From Verrucomicrobiota bacterium (GTDB lineage Bacteria > Verrucomicrobiota > Verrucomicrobiia > Opitutales > Seribacteraceae), in contig JAQBYT010000003.1 of NCBI GenBank assembly GCA_027622665.1, positions 163,455 through 227,454 on the forward strand: 64,000 bases of DNA, read 5' to 3'. Made by a program: the position numbers and the translations under genes. Positions within the stretch are counted from its first letter, which is position 1. Each line of letters begins with the position of its first letter. Of this stretch, positions 60,506 to 64,000 are shown in pieces. A model generated the notes under the pieces. That model searched no databases. It had not been told where the DNA came from and saw only the letters and a program-made list of their open reading frames with translations.

Positions 60506-61108
60506 ATGGCCATGCCTGCGGACACTTCGCAACACATCGGATTTTATGGAGGCAGTTTCGACCCCATTCACAACGGTCACCTCGAACTCGCCAAGGACCT
60601 GCTCGAACAAGCAAAGCTCCACCGCATCCTTTTCTCTCCAGCCAACCGAGCCCCCCTGCGAGACCACTCCTACGCAGCCTCCCCAACCGATCGATTTGCA
60701 ATGGTAAGCGCAGCAGTCGCCGACAGTCCGGGCCTAGAAGCCATCGATGTAGAAATTCAAGAAGGTGGTACGAACTTCACTTTGGACACTCTGAGAATGC
60801 TCAAACGCAAAATGCCGGACGCGATCTTCTCCGTAATCATCGGAGCGGACCAATTAGAAAAGCTTCCCCGCTGGCAACGCATCGAAGAACTTTCGAAAGA
60901 AACGGAGTTCCTCGTGCTCGCTCGTCCCGGACACCAACTGTCGCCTCCCCCCGAACTAACCGATCTTCGTATGCGTTCTTTCAACACCCGCGAATTCGAA
61001 GTCTCTTCTTCCGAAGTCAGAAACCGCATTCACGATCATTTACCTTTTCAAGAACTGGTTCCCACGCCAGTCGCTTCCATAATCACCCAACGAAAGCTAT
61101 ACCGCTGA
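60506..61108 (+). CDS. nadD: Nicotinate-nucleotide adenylyltransferase
   Basis: GGSFDPIHNGH, IIGAD, W, VSSSEVR. Confidence 0.95.
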   Translation: MAMPADTSQHIGFYGGSFDPIHNGHLELAKDLLEQAKLHRILFSPANRAPLRDHSYAASPTDRFAMVSAAVADSPGLEAIDVEIQEGGTNFTLDTLRMLKRKMPDAIFSVIIGADQLEKLPRWQRIEELSKETEFLVLARPGHQLSPPPELTDLRMRSFNTREFEVSSSEVRNRIHDHLPFQELVPTPVASIITQRKLYR

Positions 61109-61131
61109 AGACGAGCACGAAAGAAAAACCA

Positions 61132-61497
61132 ATGCCGGTGATCAACAAACCGGAATTGATAAAAAACTTAAAGGTTTGCTGTGAGGCTCTCCTCGACAAG
61201 AAAGCGGAAGATCTTACACTTCTATACTTCGGGGAAACTTCTCCCCTCACGGACTGTTTCGTTATAGCGACAGGCAATTCCGGCCCACACTTGCGCGCCA
61301 TGCGCGACAATGTCGAGAAAGCCCTCAAGGAACACAAGATAGCGCTGTTCTCCAAGGAGCGATACCAGCCCAGCGGTTGGCTGGTGCTCGACGCCATTGA
61401 ATTCGTCGTCCACCTATTCTCGTCCGAACAACGCGATCGCTACGCGCTCGAGGATCTCTGGAAAGACGCCCCGAAAATCGATCCCGAAAAACTATAA
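61132..61497 (+). CDS. rsfS: Ribosome silencing factor
   Basis: DKKAED, FVIATG, WLVLD, VVHLF...R..Y.LEDLW; follows nadD. Confidence 0.95.
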   Translation: MPVINKPELIKNLKVCCEALLDKKAEDLTLLYFGETSPLTDCFVIATGNSGPHLRAMRDNVEKALKEHKIALFSKERYQPSGWLVLDAIEFVVHLFSSEQRDRYALEDLWKDAPKIDPEKL

Positions 61498-61674
61498 TCC
61501 GCATCATGCGCCCCAACCTCCCAATAAGCTCCGGGCGATAAACAATTCGCGATGCTTTAGGTTAAGCCTCAACACGACCAAGACCATTAAAAACCTACCT
61601 ACCTACGGTTACCGATTCTTCAACTTCCTCCTTTTCGACTTCCCTAAAAAAGAAAACCCTCATTCACTGAAAAC

Positions 61675-62967
61675 ATGAAACAAAACACCTCAAGACGTAA
61701 CTTCCTCAAAGGCGCGAGCCTTGCCTCAGCCCCCTTTATCCTCCCCTCGCACGTGTGGGCCGCCAAGGGCGACAATTCTCCGAACAACCGCATCAGCGTA
61801 GCCGTTATCGGCCCCGGCAAGCAAGGTCGCAGCCACGTTCACCGCCTGCTCCGCAACCCCGAGACCCAAGTCGTGGGATTCGCAGAAGTCGCCAAGGTGC
61901 GGACGGATCACACCAAGGAGCTCATCGAGGGCCACTACGCCAAGAACACACCCGCAGGGAAATGGAAAGGTCTGACGATCACCAAGGACTACCGCGAACT
62001 CCTCGCCATGAAAAGCGTGGACGCCGTGCTAATCGCCACCCCAGACCACTGGCACGGTGAAGCCACCATACTCTCCGCCCGCGCCGGCAAGCACGTCTAC
62101 TGCGAAAAACCCATTTCCCTCACCATCGCCGAGGGCCGCCGCATGGTCGATGAGGTAAAGAAAAACAAAGTCATCTTTCAAACCGGCAGCCAACAACGCA
62201 CCGAATTCGGCGGCAAGTTTCGCCGCACCGTCGAGATGATCCACAGCGGCGCAATCGGCAAGATAAAGAAAATCCAAGTATGCGTAGGCGGTCCGCCCAA
62301 GCCCTGCGACCTAGCCACACAACCCGTGCCCGAGGGCATCGACTGGGACGCCTGGCAAGGTCCCGCCCCCACTCGCGGTTACAACAAGGAGCTTTGCCCG
62401 GACAACGTGCACAACCACTTCCCGCGTTGGCGAGCCTACACCGAATACTGCAACGGCTACCTCGCCGACATGGGAGCCCACCACTTCGACATCGGCCAGT
62501 GGGGCATGGACGCGGACGACACCGGACCAGTAAAAGTCATTCCCCCGAAATCCGGAGAAAAAGGACTCAAGCTCATCTACGCAAACGGCATTGAAGTCGA
62601 GCACGGCTCCCTTCCCGACTGGGGTGGCGGAACCGTCTTCTACGGAACCGAGGGCACCATCTGGGTCGACCGCGGCCCATGGAAGTCCGACCCCGTAAAC
62701 CTGATAAAGGAATTCAAAGCCACCGTCGAAATTCGCAAACCGAAGAGCCATCACGCCGACTGGCTCGACTGCATTCGTACGGGCAAGCAACCCCTCGCTC
62801 ACGTCGAGGCCGGACATCGCACCGCATCCCTTTGCCAACTATCCAACATCGGCTACGAACTTCGCCGCGAACTCGACTGGGATCCCAAAACCGAATCCTT
62901 CCCCAAGGACAAGGAAGCCCAAGCCCTCGTAGATCGAAAGCGCCGCAAGCAGTGGTACCGAATTTAA
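61675..62967 (+). CDS. Tat-exported Gfo/Idh/MocA family oxidoreductase
   Basis: SRRNFLK twin-arginine signal; IATPDHWH, VYCEKP, QTGSQQR, WD.WQGPAP, DMGAH. Confidence 0.92.
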   Translation: MKQNTSRRNFLKGASLASAPFILPSHVWAAKGDNSPNNRISVAVIGPGKQGRSHVHRLLRNPETQVVGFAEVAKVRTDHTKELIEGHYAKNTPAGKWKGLTITKDYRELLAMKSVDAVLIATPDHWHGEATILSARAGKHVYCEKPISLTIAEGRRMVDEVKKNKVIFQTGSQQRTEFGGKFRRTVEMIHSGAIGKIKKIQVCVGGPPKPCDLATQPVPEGIDWDAWQGPAPTRGYNKELCPDNVHNHFPRWRAYTEYCNGYLADMGAHHFDIGQWGMDADDTGPVKVIPPKSGEKGLKLIYANGIEVEHGSLPDWGGGTVFYGTEGTIWVDRGPWKSDPVNLIKEFKATVEIRKPKSHHADWLDCIRTGKQPLAHVEAGHRTASLCQLSNIGYELRRELDWDPKTESFPKDKEAQALVDRKRRKQWYRI

Positions 62968-63012
62968 GGATAAGTCACCAAAAGTAGATCGAGAATTTTC
63001 CGCGGCGCTCCG

Positions 63013-63113
63013 TTCGGCCTCAGTCGCTCCCCGGGCAGGCTCCGCTCTGCTCGGCGGCTCCCTCCGTTCTCACTCCGCTACTGGCTGGCTGGTGGTCGGA
63101 GACTGAGGCGGAA
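63013..63113. repeat. Imperfect inverted repeat spanning the 3' end of the FGE gene
   Basis: TTCGGCCTCAGTCGCTCC (63013-63030) is complementary to GGAGACTGAGGCGGAA (63098-63113), with one mismatch and a 2-nt bulge. Four CTCCG copies lie at 63008-63077. Confidence 0.6.
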
Positions 63114-63998
63114 GCCAAGGAGGAAGATTCTGCTAGCGGGTTTGTTCTTGCTCCGAAACGCGGAACGGGCGTTGTTCGCCGAGAAGTAAAAGGAACCACC
63201 GCGTTCGACGCGGAGGGAACCGACAGCAGGACCGACGGGGTCGGTCAAGTTGCCTGGCGGATAATCCCACTCATACACATCCGCGCACCATTCACATAGG
63301 TTTCCGTGCATGTCGTGAAAACCCCAAGCGTTCGCAGGATACTTCCCCACTTCGGTTGTCCCTCCCGGACCGCCACGTATATTGGCCTGTCCAGAAGTTA
63401 GGCTGTCGCCAAACGCATAAGCCGTTGTCGTACCCGCTCGGCAAGCGTACTCCCACTGGGCTTCGGTGGGCAATTGGTAAGTCATCCCCGCAGGCAGACG
63501 TCCCGCCTTGCGCTCCAGTGCAGTAAGCTTGTCGCAGAAAGCAGTTACGTCTTTCCAAGACACCTGCTCCACCGGACGGTTCGCTCCCTTGAATCTGTGA
63601 TATTTGTATAGGCTCGGGTTGTTTCCCATCACCCGCTCCCATTGAGCCTGCGTCACCTCGTGCTTGCCCAGCCAATAACCCTCTGTCAAAGTCACTGTGT
63701 GCCGAGTCTTGTCAGAATCTCCCATCACGAAGGTTCCCGGCTTCACCCACAGCATATCCAGAGACAGGTCGGGTATGGTGAATGCTTTCCCGGAAGTTTC
63801 CACATCGGGTGCAGGCGCAGGAGTCGGGTTCGGACGAGATGGCCCGGCGCCCGTCGAGGTTTTCTTGGCGCGTCCCGTATGCCGCACATTCTGACCACGC
63901 ATGGGCCACGGAGCATCCGTTGCGGGCCCCGAGGAACCCCGGAGGGCGTAAACCTTCTCGTCAGCTGACCCGACGTAAACCGTGCCATCAGAGCCGAT
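63078..63998 (-). CDS. PQQ-like beta-propeller plus FGE/SUMF1 (C-type lectin fold) domain protein (partial, runs off window end)
   Basis: The open frame from the window end reads IGSDGTVYVGSADEKVYAL...PWPMRGQN.RHTG (PQQ/BamB repeat end). It continues through a Pro linker to HEVTQAQW, LPTEAQWEYACRAG, DMHGN, RGGS...GFR. Confidence 0.9.
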   Translation of the reverse strand: MGSDGTVYVGSADEKVYALRGSSGPATDAPWPMRGQNVRHTGRAKKTSTGAGPSRPNPTPAPAPDVETSGKAFTIPDLSLDMLWVKPGTFVMGDSDKTRHTVTLTEGYWLGKHEVTQAQWERVMGNNPSLYKYHRFKGANRPVEQVSWKDVTAFCDKLTALERKAGRLPAGMTYQLPTEAQWEYACRAGTTTAYAFGDSLTSGQANIRGGPGGTTEVGKYPANAWGFHDMHGNLCEWCADVYEWDYPPGNLTDPVGPAVGSLRVERGGSFYFSANNARSAFRSKNKPASRIFLLGFRLSLRPPASQ

Positions 63999-64000
63999 GG

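Noticed and set aside
63013..63113. Integron attC site
   Set aside because: It lacks the RYYYAAC/GTTRRRY core ends, and no integrase or cassette array is present.

Overview
Bacterial chromosomal window. A PVC-superphylum origin (probably Verrucomicrobiota/Opitutales) is inferred from gene content: SHD1-like modules, FecR-type secreted proteins, a PQQ-repeat/FGE protein and a Tat-exported Gfo/Idh/MocA enzyme. It is mostly housekeeping: rplM-rpsI, argCJBDFG, trpG/pabA, nrdR, pheA, ilvD, pgi, mpg, dtd, cysK, infA, tadA, sodA, uvrB, nuoA, nadD, rsfS and an 11-gene type II secretion cluster (gspG-H-I-J-K-L-M-D-C?-E-F). The accessory modules are as follows. (1) A MotA/ExbB-type channel gene with two divergent ExbD-like partners, only one of which keeps the TM Asp. 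(2) Two paralogous Pro-tailed lipoproteins sharing an unrecognised W/Y-rich domain, plus two paralogous coiled-coil membrane proteins. (3) A 9-kb envelope locus: two mosaic tandem-duplicated secreted proteins (one with and one without a FecR-like domain), an outer-membrane beta-barrel, a second FecR-like protein, then a TIR-TM-TPR protein with receptor-like topology. (4) A PTS-EIIA/diadenylate-cyclase fusion. (5) A PQQ-repeat/FGE (C-lectin fold) gene whose 3' end looks like a diversity-generating-retroelement variable region followed by a fold-back element. I saw no rRNA, tRNA, CRISPR array, transposase, integrase or reverse transcriptase. All family assignments come from motif recognition by eye; no database searches were run.
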